Source: Fervidobacterium sp. (GTDB lineage: Bacteria > Thermotogota > Thermotogae > Thermotogales > Fervidobacteriaceae). Taken from it: a stretch of 64,000 nt of DNA. Shown here in pieces: positions 37,958 to 47,639 of this stretch (position 1 is its first letter; each line of letters starts with the position of its first letter). The translations under genes were made by a program, and so were the position numbers. The notes under the pieces were generated by a model that worked only from the letters and a program-made list of their open reading frames with translations, made no database searches and was not told the origin of the DNA. The stretch covers positions 128,001 through 192,000 of the forward strand of contig JBMFNR010000003.1 in NCBI GenBank assembly GCA_049970055.1, in the 5' to 3' direction.

Positions 37958-38882
37958 ATATTATTTTTGCTTTTTTCCCTTGGTACGTATCTTTTTCTAA
38001 AAGCTTTTGCTCGATTAACTTGACTATTTCGTTTTTTGATAAACCCCAGTTGCCAAAGAGTGTACCACTCGATGGTGGATCAGCGACAAGCCTGTGAATA
38101 ACGATTTTTGGTGATAAATTCTCAAGGAAAAAGATTACTCGAGTTATGTATTCTTGCAATGATCCCACATTAAGTTTGCCACTCTTGTACATATCACCAA
38201 ATATCGTTCCATCGACGATGTATAAAGAATGCAGCTTTACGCCGTCAACGCCAAGAGCAGATAATATCTTTGCAGTTTCTATCACATCTAATGTGTTATC
38301 ACCTGGTAAGTTAAGGATAACGTGCGAGACAACTTCAAAGTTATATTTTTTAATAAGTGTAACTGCATATATATATTCAGCAAGCGTGTGCCCCCTATTT
38401 ACCTTGACAAGGGTATGATAATTTGCTGTCTGAAGCCCTATATCAAGTGATATTTCAATTTTGTATGTCTCTTTTATGTCTTTTAGTAAATTTAAAACTT
38501 CCTCGTCTATACAATCAGGTCTTGTTGCAATATCGATTTTAACTATATCTTCGTCGAGTGCTTGGATGTAGGTTTGTCTTAGAATTTCTGGTGGCGCGTA
38601 TGTGTTTGTGTAATTTTGAAAGTACGCGATAAATTTTTTTACACCTTTCTTTTTATATTTTTCTTTCATAAGCCGAAGCTGTGTTTTTATATCATACCCA
38701 TGGAATGTAGTAAAGCCGCTTCCTGTCTCATCACAAAATAGGCAACCTGGTTTACCGTTTGTTCTATTAGGACAGCTAAAACCAGCATTCAAAGGTAATC
38801 GTTGAACTTTCTCACCATATCTTTTCTTTAGCTCAACACTTAATTTCCTATACCTGTAGCCTTCTTCGAGAAAGTCGAAAAT
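37956..38882 (-). CDS. TIGR01212 (YhcC-like) radical SAM protein, probable ATT start
   Basis: GFSCPNR..GCLFC, AYFQNYTNTY, IATRPDC, GLQT and GVKLHSL; the frame stays open 30 codons upstream of the ORF-track start through YRKLSVELKKRYGEKVQRLPL to ATT 38882 behind AGGAGGTG. Confidence 0.9.
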   Translation of the reverse strand: MFDFLEEGYRYRKLSVELKKRYGEKVQRLPLNAGFSCPNRTNGKPGCLFCDETGSGFTTFHGYDIKTQLRLMKEKYKKKGVKKFIAYFQNYTNTYAPPEILRQTYIQALDEDIVKIDIATRPDCIDEEVLNLLKDIKETYKIEISLDIGLQTANYHTLVKVNRGHTLAEYIYAVTLIKKYNFEVVSHVILNLPGDNTLDVIETAKILSALGVDGVKLHSLYIVDGTIFGDMYKSGKLNVGSLQEYITRVIFFLENLSPKIVIHRLVADPPSSGTLFGNWGLSKNEIVKLIEQKLLEKDTYQGKKAKII

Positions 38883-40090
38883 TTTTCTAGCACCTCCTGA
38901 ACATCTATCATTGGAAATTTTCCATCTATGAATATGAACCTACCATTAACCATTGTTGCGTAAACTGTATCATTGTATGCATGAATTAAATTTTCAATTA
39001 AATTATCAAGTGGTTGAAGTTGAACATGATTGGAATTTATGAAAACCAAATCTGCAGGGTAGTTTACCGCAACTTTGCCACCTTTCAATCTTAACGCTTC
39101 GTAGCCGTATTGTGTAATACTGTAAAATGCCTGACTTACGTTAAACAATTCCGGATTGTGCATTTTGCTTGCCAGTACTGATACTCTGAGATCAAAGAGT
39201 ACATTCTGAGAGTTGTTACTTGCTGGTCCATCAGTTCCTATAGTTATTTTCAAACCATTTCTTATCATTTCATTTATCGGTGGTAAACCATTACCTAACT
39301 TCATGTTACTTACGGTATTCACGGATGGATAACTACCATTGAGTAATCTAAGTGATTCATAATCGAGTTGAGTACAGTGGACGGGTATGAAATGAACTTC
39401 ATCAAAGCCGAGCTGAATAATTTCTTCTGGAGTGTACTTTTCCCATTCCCATTTGTTTTCAAAGAAGTGCATAGTAACAGGCATATCATAAGCTTTTGCA
39501 ATCTCTATTATTTTTTTCAAGTACTCCGTGGAACAGCTGTACGGTGCATGTGGACCTAAACCGACGAAGATTCGCCCATCGTATCCATTCCATTTTTCGT
39601 ACAATTCAATGTTTTCTCTCAGTCTTCCTCCATCATCACCACTTTTATCAATAAGTCCCCTTGTAAGGAGTGCCTTCATGCCAAAATCAGAAACTGCCCT
39701 AGCTATTTCCTCCTCGTGAAAGTACATATCGCAAAATGCGACGATACCATGAGAAGCCATTTCCATCATGGAAAGAAGGCTCGCGTAGTAAATCATTTCT
39801 GGTGTCAATCGTTCCTCAGCAGGTAAAATCTTTTGAAACAGCCATACATTGAACGAGACATCTTCTGCATACCCTCGAAATAAAGACATTGCAATATGGT
39901 TATGCGTGTTAACAAAACCAGGTAGAACGATCTTACCTGAAAAATCGTATACTTCTTTGTCGTCTACCTTCAGTTCGTCACCTAAGCTTTTGATCCTTCC
40001 TTCTTTTATGTGTATATCTGTTTTTTTTAGTTTTCCATCAGATAGCGTAAAAACGTTTTTTATTAGCACACTTGATCTATCCCTTCTCAA
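38840..40090 (-). CDS. mtaD: 5'-methylthioadenosine/S-adenosylhomocysteine deaminase-like amidohydrolase
   Basis: LPGFVNTHNH..MSLFRGYAED, FCDMYF, GPHAPYSC, MHFFE, SNMKLGNG and GTDGPASNN; alternative start GTG 40069. Confidence 0.8.
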   Translation of the reverse strand: MRRDRSSVLIKNVFTLSDGKLKKTDIHIKEGRIKSLGDELKVDDKEVYDFSGKIVLPGFVNTHNHIAMSLFRGYAEDVSFNVWLFQKILPAEERLTPEMIYYASLLSMMEMASHGIVAFCDMYFHEEEIARAVSDFGMKALLTRGLIDKSGDDGGRLRENIELYEKWNGYDGRIFVGLGPHAPYSCSTEYLKKIIEIAKAYDMPVTMHFFENKWEWEKYTPEEIIQLGFDEVHFIPVHCTQLDYESLRLLNGSYPSVNTVSNMKLGNGLPPINEMIRNGLKITIGTDGPASNNSQNVLFDLRVSVLASKMHNPELFNVSQAFYSITQYGYEALRLKGGKVAVNYPADLVFINSNHVQLQPLDNLIENLIHAYNDTVYATMVNGRFIFIDGKFPMIDVQEVLEKFSTFSKKATGIGN

Positions 40091-40437
40091 ATATTAACTC
40101 TTTGAGCGTCGATCCAAAGGTGTTCGATATCGTAAAACTCTCTTGCATTTTTTGTAAAGATGTGTACAACAATATCACCAGCATCTATTAATATCCAGTC
40201 GTAACCTTCACCACGATCGTAGTAAATGAGTTCTTTACCAACTTTGCCAAAAAAATCGACAATTTCATCTCTGAGGCTCTTCATGTGTATATTACTATTA
40301 GCAGTACAAATAACGAAATAATCGGTCAACAATCTCGTTTTTGACATATCTAATATAACAGGATCGATTGCTTCCTTTTTTTCTAAGATCTTCATTAATT
40401 TTGCTAAAATGTCTTTTGCCACACTTTCTTTATTCAG
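40087..40437 (-). CDS. rsfS: Ribosome silencing factor RsfS (Iojap), possible CTG start
   Basis: KKEAID, TDYFVICTA, WILIDAGDIVVHIF and REFYDIEHLW; GTG 40422 is the nearest canonical start. Confidence 0.93.
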   Translation of the reverse strand: MNKESVAKDILAKLMKILEKKEAIDPVILDMSKTRLLTDYFVICTANSNIHMKSLRDEIVDFFGKVGKELIYYDRGEGYDWILIDAGDIVVHIFTKNAREFYDIEHLWIDAQRVNI

Positions 40438-40466
40438 ACTTATCCCTCCTTTAGAAATCTCTTACT

Positions 40467-41774
40467 TCACGCTCCTCCAATTCTTAGTTCATCGCTAACA
40501 AAACCATTTTTCAAATAATCCCTTATCAAACCTATAAGATAAAAGGAGCCTGTGACAAATTTAACATCACTATCGATTTGCTTGAGAAGTTCAATGCCAG
40601 CTATAGGGTCCGGTTCTAAAATAACACTTTTACAAAACTGTTTGGCGATATTGTATGTTTCTTCTATCTTTTGAGCACGTTTTGTTGGTGGTTTTGTAAC
40701 AATGAGCACTTCAAACTTAGGGCCAAGCTTTTCAAGAACACGTATTTTGTCTTTGTCGTCAACAATACCAAAGAGTGCAGCGAGTTTTTTGTCTGGAAAG
40801 TATATGTCGACATTTTCGCTGAGGATTTCAGCTGCCTGTGGATTATGTGAACCATCGAGTATTAATCCATCAAATAGTTCGAATCTCCCAGGTATAAATG
40901 CATTTTCAAAAGCTTTTTTCGCAGCATCTTCATCTAGCTTGTTAATAATTTCAAAAGCCTTAAGTGCTAGCGCAAAATTGTATAATTGGTGTTTTCCATT
41001 CAATCGTACGGGAATATTTTTCATTGTTAATTCGCCATAGTAATTGTAAAGATTTTTATTAAAATCATATTTAACAACCTCAGCGTAAAAATCTTTTCCA
41101 AACTCATAAAACTTAGCTCCACGTTCGTTTGCCACGTTTTTTATCACATCTTTGGCCTCTTTTGCCATGTTACCTACGACAACTGGTACCCCTTGTTTGA
41201 TAATTCCTGCTTTTTCAAAAGCAATCTCTTCAACAGTTTTTCCAAGAACATTTGTGTGTTCTAGTGAGACAGTAGTGATGACTGAAACAACGGGTGTGAT
41301 AACATTCGTAGAGTCAAAACGTCCACCAAGTCCAACTTCAACACTTCCATATTCTGCGTTCTTTTGTTTGGTTAAGTAAAAATACATTGCTGTCATGTAT
41401 TCAAAAAAGCTCGGTGAAAATTCATCTCCTATTTTGTCCATCTCTTCTGCAAACACTTTAACAAACTCGGAAGCTTCCACAAATTCGTCCTTCGAAATGA
41501 GCTTTGTGTTCCAATGGAACCTTTCAAGTATGGTCGATAAGTGCGGAGAATAAAATCCTGTCACATTGTAACCGTGATAGTAAGTTAAGTATTCAAGAAA
41601 CGTTGTAACGCTACCCTTGCCATTTGAGCCTGTTATGTGAAAATACTTAACCCCCAAATGGGGATTACCCATCCGGGAGAGTAATTGCTCTATTCTAAAC
41701 AATCCAAGCTTCATTGTATTGTATGGCCTTGTAAAATATAAATACCTTAAAACATCTAAAAACTCCATACGCAC
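40467..41774 (-). CDS. folC: Folylpolyglutamate synthase/dihydrofolate synthase
   Basis: HITGSNGKGS, YSPHL, SFFE, EVGLGGRFDSTN, IAFEKAGIIK and DGSHNP; directly after valS. Confidence 0.95.
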   Translation of the reverse strand: MRMEFLDVLRYLYFTRPYNTMKLGLFRIEQLLSRMGNPHLGVKYFHITGSNGKGSVTTFLEYLTYYHGYNVTGFYSPHLSTILERFHWNTKLISKDEFVEASEFVKVFAEEMDKIGDEFSPSFFEYMTAMYFYLTKQKNAEYGSVEVGLGGRFDSTNVITPVVSVITTVSLEHTNVLGKTVEEIAFEKAGIIKQGVPVVVGNMAKEAKDVIKNVANERGAKFYEFGKDFYAEVVKYDFNKNLYNYYGELTMKNIPVRLNGKHQLYNFALALKAFEIINKLDEDAAKKAFENAFIPGRFELFDGLILDGSHNPQAAEILSENVDIYFPDKKLAALFGIVDDKDKIRVLEKLGPKFEVLIVTKPPTKRAQKIEETYNIAKQFCKSVILEPDPIAGIELLKQIDSDVKFVTGSFYLIGLIRDYLKNGFVSDELRIGGA

Positions 41775-41777
41775 TCA

Positions 41778-44384
41778 TCATTTCTTTTCATTTAAATCTG
41801 AGATAATCTGCTCTATCCTATTTATTTGCTCTTGGAAGAGCTTTTGCTTTTCTTTTGTTTCCTCGACTACATCTTCTGGGGCATTTCTTACAAAGTTTTC
41901 ATCCTCAAGCTTTTTCGAAAACTTTTCCATATCGGCCTTCAACTTTTCCACTTTTTTTCTAAGTCTTGCTACTTCTGAGTTGATATCTATCAACGCACCA
42001 AGTGATACGTAGACTTCATTGTGCATCGAAACATAAGCAGTAGCACTCAAATCTGGCCTTGAATCCACAAACGTTATATTTTCAACATTTGCAAGAAATT
42101 TCACATATTCCTTTTCCTCATCTAAGAGCTCTCCTTTTACAAATACTTCTACTTTTGTTGCCTGAGGAACATTAACTTCTGCTCTTACGTTCCTTATTCC
42201 TCTTATTATGTCCATTATCTCTCTAAAACGCTCTTCTGATATTTCATCTATCAATCCAGTATCAACGCTTGGCCATTTGGCAATGACTATCGATTCTGAG
42301 CTCGTTGGTAATTTCGTCCATAATTCTTCCGTTAAGAATGGCATAAATGGGTGGAGTAAGCGTAAGCTCATATCTAAAACGTAGACAAGTACGTTTTGAA
42401 CAACTTTTCTATCTTCCGTTTTCAGTCTATTTTTTACCGCCTCAATGTACCAATCGCACAATTCATCCCAGAAGAAGTTATAAATTTCGCCTGCCGCGAC
42501 ATTGAAATCGTAATTGTCAAGAGCGCTTGTAACTTTTCCCATAGTTTTTTGTAATCTTGAGAGTATCCATTTATCAACTAACTTTAACTTAGAAATTCTA
42601 ATTTCTTGTTTTTCAAAATCATCAAGATTCATTAATACAAATCTTGTTGCGTTCCAAATTTTGTTTGCAAACTTTTTATATGTATCAAAGAATCTAACAT
42701 CAAGCTTTAAATCCCTTCCTTGAGCTGCCAAAATCGCAAGTGTAAATCGCATTGGATCAGAACCGTATTCATCAATAACCTCCAGTGGGTCTATTCCATT
42801 ACCGAGTGATTTACTCATCTTTCTTCCATACTTATCCCTAACAAGTTGGTGGATATACACTTCACTGAATGGCTTTTCGTTCATAAATTCATATCCCATC
42901 ATAATCATACGCGCAACCCAGAAGAAAATTATATCAAACCCTGTTACAAGAACATCTGTTGGGTAGTACCTTTCAAGATCGGCTGTTTTCTCAGGCCATC
43001 CCAGTGTACTAAAAGGCCAAAGTGCAGAACTAAACCAGGTATCGAGAACATCTTCATCTTGCTTCAAATTAGTACTTCCACACTTTTCACATTTTTGTGG
43101 TTCTTCCTCGGAAACATTGTAATGTCCACAATCTTGGCACTGCCAAACAGGTATTCTGTGTCCCCACCAAAGCTGCCTGCTTATACACCAGTCTCTTATT
43201 TCGTACATCCAGTTAAGATAAACCTTTTTCCATCTTTCTGGGACAAACTTAACTTCATCATTTTCGACAGATTCAATAGCGCGTTTGGCAAGAGGTTTCA
43301 TACTAACAAACCATTGATCCAGTAACCTTGGTTCCACAACAGTATCGCACCTGTAGCATCTTCCAACGGAATGTTTTATTTTTTCCAACTTTACCAAATA
43401 TCCCTGAGCTTCAAGTTCTTCAATAACAGCTTTTCTTGCCTGTTCTGCTGTTAGTCCTCTAAATTTTCCGCCATTTTCGTTAATCACGATATTTTCGTCA
43501 AAAATATCCACAAAAGGTAAATTATGGCGTTGGCCTATTAAGTAATCGTTGGGATCATGAGCTGGTGTAACTTTTAATGCACCTGTACCGAACGAAGGAT
43601 CTACGTAGCTATCTGCAATAATAGGAATTTCTCTGCCAACTATGGGAATAATTGCTATTTTTCCAACATACTGCTTGTACCTTTCATCAGATGGATGTAC
43701 TGCTATAGCTGTATCGCCAAGCATCGTTTCCGGCCGAGTTGTTGCAATAATAATATGATTATCCTCTCCCTTGAGCGGGTATTTTATGTAATAAAGTGCT
43801 CCATCTTCTTCGTGGTACTCTACCTCTTCGTCTGAAAGAACGGTCCCGCACCTGTGACACCAATTTACAATATACTTTCCTTTGTATATCAGTCCTTTTT
43901 TGTACAGTTCAGCGAAAACCTTTCTGACAGCTTTAGAAAGCCCTTCATCGAGCGTAAATCTCTCCCTCGACCAGTCAACGGAAGCACCGATAGACATTAT
44001 CTGACTCTTAATTTCATTTCTGTACTTATCTGCCCAATCCCATACAATTTTCAGAAATTCTTCTCTTGTAAACTCTCTCTTACTCTTACCTTGTGTGGCA
44101 AGAAATTTTTCAACTGCTGTTTGTGTAGCTATACCCGCATGGTCTTCTCCTGGGAGCCAGAGAACATCAAATCCTTGCATCCTTTTGTATCTACTCAATA
44201 TATCTTGTATCGTTATATTAAGAGCATGGCCCATGTGGATTCTTCCAGTTATGTTTGGTGGTGGGATAACGATAGAATACTTTGGTCCTGTCCCACGAGG
44301 TGTAAAATACTTTTTTTCCAGCCAATGTTTGTACCATTTCATTTCGATATTTTTTGGGTCATATCTTGTACCAATCTCCATCAA
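41778..44384 (-). CDS. valS: Valine--tRNA ligase
   Basis: PPPNITGRIHMGH, DWCISRQLWWGH, DVLDTWFSS, KMSKS; C-terminal coiled arm. Confidence 0.98.
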   Translation of the reverse strand: MMEIGTRYDPKNIEMKWYKHWLEKKYFTPRGTGPKYSIVIPPPNITGRIHMGHALNITIQDILSRYKRMQGFDVLWLPGEDHAGIATQTAVEKFLATQGKSKREFTREEFLKIVWDWADKYRNEIKSQIMSIGASVDWSRERFTLDEGLSKAVRKVFAELYKKGLIYKGKYIVNWCHRCGTVLSDEEVEYHEEDGALYYIKYPLKGEDNHIIIATTRPETMLGDTAIAVHPSDERYKQYVGKIAIIPIVGREIPIIADSYVDPSFGTGALKVTPAHDPNDYLIGQRHNLPFVDIFDENIVINENGGKFRGLTAEQARKAVIEELEAQGYLVKLEKIKHSVGRCYRCDTVVEPRLLDQWFVSMKPLAKRAIESVENDEVKFVPERWKKVYLNWMYEIRDWCISRQLWWGHRIPVWQCQDCGHYNVSEEEPQKCEKCGSTNLKQDEDVLDTWFSSALWPFSTLGWPEKTADLERYYPTDVLVTGFDIIFFWVARMIMMGYEFMNEKPFSEVYIHQLVRDKYGRKMSKSLGNGIDPLEVIDEYGSDPMRFTLAILAAQGRDLKLDVRFFDTYKKFANKIWNATRFVLMNLDDFEKQEIRISKLKLVDKWILSRLQKTMGKVTSALDNYDFNVAAGEIYNFFWDELCDWYIEAVKNRLKTEDRKVVQNVLVYVLDMSLRLLHPFMPFLTEELWTKLPTSSESIVIAKWPSVDTGLIDEISEERFREIMDIIRGIRNVRAEVNVPQATKVEVFVKGELLDEEKEYVKFLANVENITFVDSRPDLSATAYVSMHNEVYVSLGALIDINSEVARLRKKVEKLKADMEKFSKKLEDENFVRNAPEDVVEETKEKQKLFQEQINRIEQIISDLNEKK

Positions 44385-44791
44385 TGCGCACCTCCGACAC
44401 TCTTTATATCTATCTCACAATCTATTTGGATTTTTTCATTTCCATAAGTTAATAGTAGATAATGTAAAGAGTCCTTTATTCTACTAGCAATCTTATGCAC
44501 GTCTGTATCTGAAATTCCGTGAACAACTATGCAAAATTCATTGTCACCTAGTTTGCACACAAGATCTTTTGGAAGTCTTACACTATGCTTTATTACAGAT
44601 GATACTCTTGAAAGCACAAAGTTTCTAACATTTTCATCAGAAGAAGGAAAATTCAACTTCACATCTAATAGATAAAATAGTTCCACAGAATTCTTTAACT
44701 CCTCGAGAACTTTCTGAGCAAATTCTTGGTTTGGTAATCTTGTTATAGGGTCAACCCACTCACCAGTTAACAAATTCAGAAATCCTGACAT
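44381..44791 (-). CDS. Degenerate GGDEF-like domain protein
   Basis: DPITRLPN at the N-terminus; VRLPKDLVCKLGDNEFCIV in place of R..D....GGDEF; SD AGGAGG; 4-nt overlap with valS. Confidence 0.7.
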   Translation of the reverse strand: MSGFLNLLTGEWVDPITRLPNQEFAQKVLEELKNSVELFYLLDVKLNFPSSDENVRNFVLSRVSSVIKHSVRLPKDLVCKLGDNEFCIVVHGISDTDVHKIASRIKDSLHYLLLTYGNEKIQIDCEIDIKSVGGAH

Positions 44792-44949
44792 AATTTCATC
44801 CTCCTACGATTTGCTTAATAAATTTTACCATACTTATTCTTGTATGAAAATACCTAAGTTACTTTGATTTAAACATCACCATTGAAAAACTTGGAGCTCT
44901 ATGCTAAAATTTCATAAAGTTCGTAAAACAAACTAAAAGCCAAAGGGGA

Positions 44950-46077
44950 GTGAATAGATTGATTATAAATATAATTCCATTTATTGCTATTGTATCACAC
45001 TTTTTACTTGATTTCTTAGTTTCTTTTTTCAACCCACTTGGTCCTTATCTAATAGAGAAATTTAGTATAGAAGTTAGGTTATTTACAACTTTTCTCACAC
45101 TCTCTTCAGCAATAGCTAGTTTGCTCCAGATATTTTTTGGATTTTGGTTTGATAGCAGCGTGACTACTAAAAAATACATTGTTTTGATGTACTTCCTTGA
45201 AGCTTTAGGAATAACCATACTTGGTGTTTCAACAAATTTTTGGGTTGCTTTACTGGCAATATTTATAATCAGGATTGCCAATTCAGCTTTTCATCCACTT
45301 GGTGCGTCCATGGCAGGCGAAGGAAGTGGGAAGAGCGTTGCTATTTTTTCAATCGCTGGAACTCTTGGTGCGGCACTTGGACCAATATTTATTTCGTTTT
45401 ACGTTTCAAAACTACCACTCTCAACGTTATGGGTTGTTTCAGTCCCATTTTTAATCATAGCCTATTTTATGGTCAAATTAAAAGTGCCTAATAAAAGCAC
45501 TAATCACAATAAAAGGATAACATTCAAAGAATTTTCCGTCTTAATTCCTATACTTCAAGTTGTGACAATCAGGAGTTTCTTAATGTCGGTAGTTCATATG
45601 TATACTCCGATTTTTGTAACTAACATTAGAGGTTATCCAATAACGTTGTCAGGTACCTTGATTACATCCGGCATGCTTACAGGCGTTTTTGCAAATTACA
45701 TAGGCGTATTGCTACTGGAAAAGATAGGTGCCAAAAAACAAGATTTTGTAGCGTTTGTTGGGATGGCACTTTCTATATTTGCGTTACTTACTTCAAAATC
45801 ATTCTTAGGATTGTTTTTTTCATTTGTGTTTTTTGATTTTTCCGGGTTTTTGCTGATGTCGGCAAATGTTGTTCAGGCGCAAAAGATATTACCTAACAGA
45901 AAAGCTTTTGCTTCTTCGGTTGCTATGGGATTTGCTTGGTCCATTGGAGATTTTATAGCCTCGGCTTATAATTCCGTTTTTGGTAATGACGTAAAACTTT
46001 CGCTCACTCTTGTAATACCAATTGCAATTATTGCTTCAATATATTTTGGCATCATTCAAAAGTTCGACACAAAGTAA
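44950..46077 (+). CDS. MFS transporter (Fsr-like)
   Basis: SHFLLDF, QIFFGFWFD, ANSAFHP and AGTLGAALGP motifs; about 12 hydrophobic segments. Confidence 0.88.
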   Translation: MNRLIINIIPFIAIVSHFLLDFLVSFFNPLGPYLIEKFSIEVRLFTTFLTLSSAIASLLQIFFGFWFDSSVTTKKYIVLMYFLEALGITILGVSTNFWVALLAIFIIRIANSAFHPLGASMAGEGSGKSVAIFSIAGTLGAALGPIFISFYVSKLPLSTLWVVSVPFLIIAYFMVKLKVPNKSTNHNKRITFKEFSVLIPILQVVTIRSFLMSVVHMYTPIFVTNIRGYPITLSGTLITSGMLTGVFANYIGVLLLEKIGAKKQDFVAFVGMALSIFALLTSKSFLGLFFSFVFFDFSGFLLMSANVVQAQKILPNRKAFASSVAMGFAWSIGDFIASAYNSVFGNDVKLSLTLVIPIAIIASIYFGIIQKFDTK

Positions 46078-46137
46078 AAATCAAAGTAAAAGATGCTCTA
46101 GTTTCAAGTACATAAAGGTTCATTAAACTTGTTATGT

Positions 46138-46164
46138 TTCAGGTGGCAACCACCTGAATTTTTT
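46138..46164 (+). terminator. Intrinsic terminator
   Basis: TTCAGGTGG-CAA-CCACCTGAA-TTTTTT. Confidence 0.75.
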
Positions 46165-46228
46165 GTTATGAATTTAGCTAAACATGTTGTATAATTAATA
46201 GATAGAAAGATTTCGGGGAGGACTAAAA

Positions 46229-47566
46229 ATGGATCAACGTATCGAAAATGTGTACATTGAAAAATGGGCTTACGGTGGATACGGACTTGGAAAACTGCCT
46301 GGTGGAAAATTGCTACTTGTCGAGGGTGCGTATCCTGGAGAACTTGTTAATGTGAGGGTTACACAAGAAAAAACAGATGTTGCATTTGGAAAAACCGAGG
46401 AGATCTTGGAACGTGCAAGTTACAGAAGAGCACCAAAGTGTAAATATTTTGGCATATGTGGCGGATGTCATATTATGGATGTTACCTACGAAAAACAATT
46501 AGAATTTAAACGCGACATAGTATTAGATCAACTACGAAGAATTGCCAAACTTGATCTAGATGTAAACAAAACGATGGAAAGCGACTTGGAATTCGGTTAT
46601 AGAAATAAGATGGAGTATACCTTCGCTTACGAAGATGGCAAAGTTCATTTGGGATTGAAGATGCGTAATTCAAATAAAGTTGTACCGATTAACGAATGTC
46701 CCATCTCTCCATCATCTTTCGTTAAATCACTCCAACAGGTGCCTGAAATTGTTGAAATGAGTAAAGCAAAGATTTACAATCAAAAAAAACGTACTGGTAC
46801 TCTAAAGCACCTAGTTATGAGATATTCACACTCTAATAACCAGACAATGGCGATATTTGTTACAAAAACCGAGCGATTTGAAGAAGCAAAGTTTATTAGA
46901 ACAGAGTTAATCAAAAGGATTCCACAAATAAATTCTATCATACACGTTATGAACTCTTCGGATGATATTGTACTCAGAGGGCCATATAAAACACTCTACG
47001 GTTCTGGTGTAATTGAAATAGAGATGGACTATGAGAAATTTCAGATCCCTCCAACCGCATTTTTCCAAAATAATTACAATGTTGCATCTAAAATGGTTGA
47101 TTATGTAACAAAAAAACTAAATCTGAGTGGAAATGAAATTGTACTTGACTTGTATGCGGGGGTTGGTACATTCACAATGAGACTTGCTATGCTTTCGAAG
47201 CACGTTATCGCAGTCGAAAATTCTCACATTTCCGCTAAGGCGGGAAGAGCCAATGCAAATATAAATAACCTCAGAAACGTAAAATATGACGAGTCTGACG
47301 TCGGAAATTTTCTAAGATCTTTCGATCAGAGAGCTGATGTTGTGGTTCTTGATCCACCAAGAAGTGGGGCAGGAAAAGAAATATGCAACGAAATACTTCG
47401 TATTTCTCCAAGTAAGATAGCGTATATTTCTTGCGATCCATCAACATTGGCGAGGGATTTGAGCGTTCTAAAAGAACGTTACGAAATTATTGAAGTGCAA
47501 CCTTTTGATATGTTTCCACAGACTTATCACGTTGAAACGGTAGTAACAATGGTACTAAAAACCTAA
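46229..47566 (+). CDS. rlmD: 23S rRNA m5U methyltransferase RlmD/RumA
   Basis: TRAM domain, C..FGICGGC Fe-S motif, YRNK, AFFQ, DLYAGVG, LDPPRSG, YISCDP and DMFPQTYHVE. Confidence 0.93.
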   Translation: MDQRIENVYIEKWAYGGYGLGKLPGGKLLLVEGAYPGELVNVRVTQEKTDVAFGKTEEILERASYRRAPKCKYFGICGGCHIMDVTYEKQLEFKRDIVLDQLRRIAKLDLDVNKTMESDLEFGYRNKMEYTFAYEDGKVHLGLKMRNSNKVVPINECPISPSSFVKSLQQVPEIVEMSKAKIYNQKKRTGTLKHLVMRYSHSNNQTMAIFVTKTERFEEAKFIRTELIKRIPQINSIIHVMNSSDDIVLRGPYKTLYGSGVIEIEMDYEKFQIPPTAFFQNNYNVASKMVDYVTKKLNLSGNEIVLDLYAGVGTFTMRLAMLSKHVIAVENSHISAKAGRANANINNLRNVKYDESDVGNFLRSFDQRADVVVLDPPRSGAGKEICNEILRISPSKIAYISCDPSTLARDLSVLKERYEIIEVQPFDMFPQTYHVETVVTMVLKT

Positions 47567-47639
47567 AACTTAGACTTGATATATGTTTGTAATATGTTAA
47601 AATATCTTTGAAAGATGACTGATGGGAGGTGGAAAGAAT

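Noticed and set aside
44855..44897. Partial resemblance (AAGTTAC...CATTGAAAA-ACTTGGAGC) to the hairpin at 7455-7488
   Set aside because: Short, gapped match that does not form the same stem; cannot be distinguished from chance
44792..44949. T-box riboswitch for valS
   Set aside because: Short divergent promoter region with no T-box consensus or leader terminator
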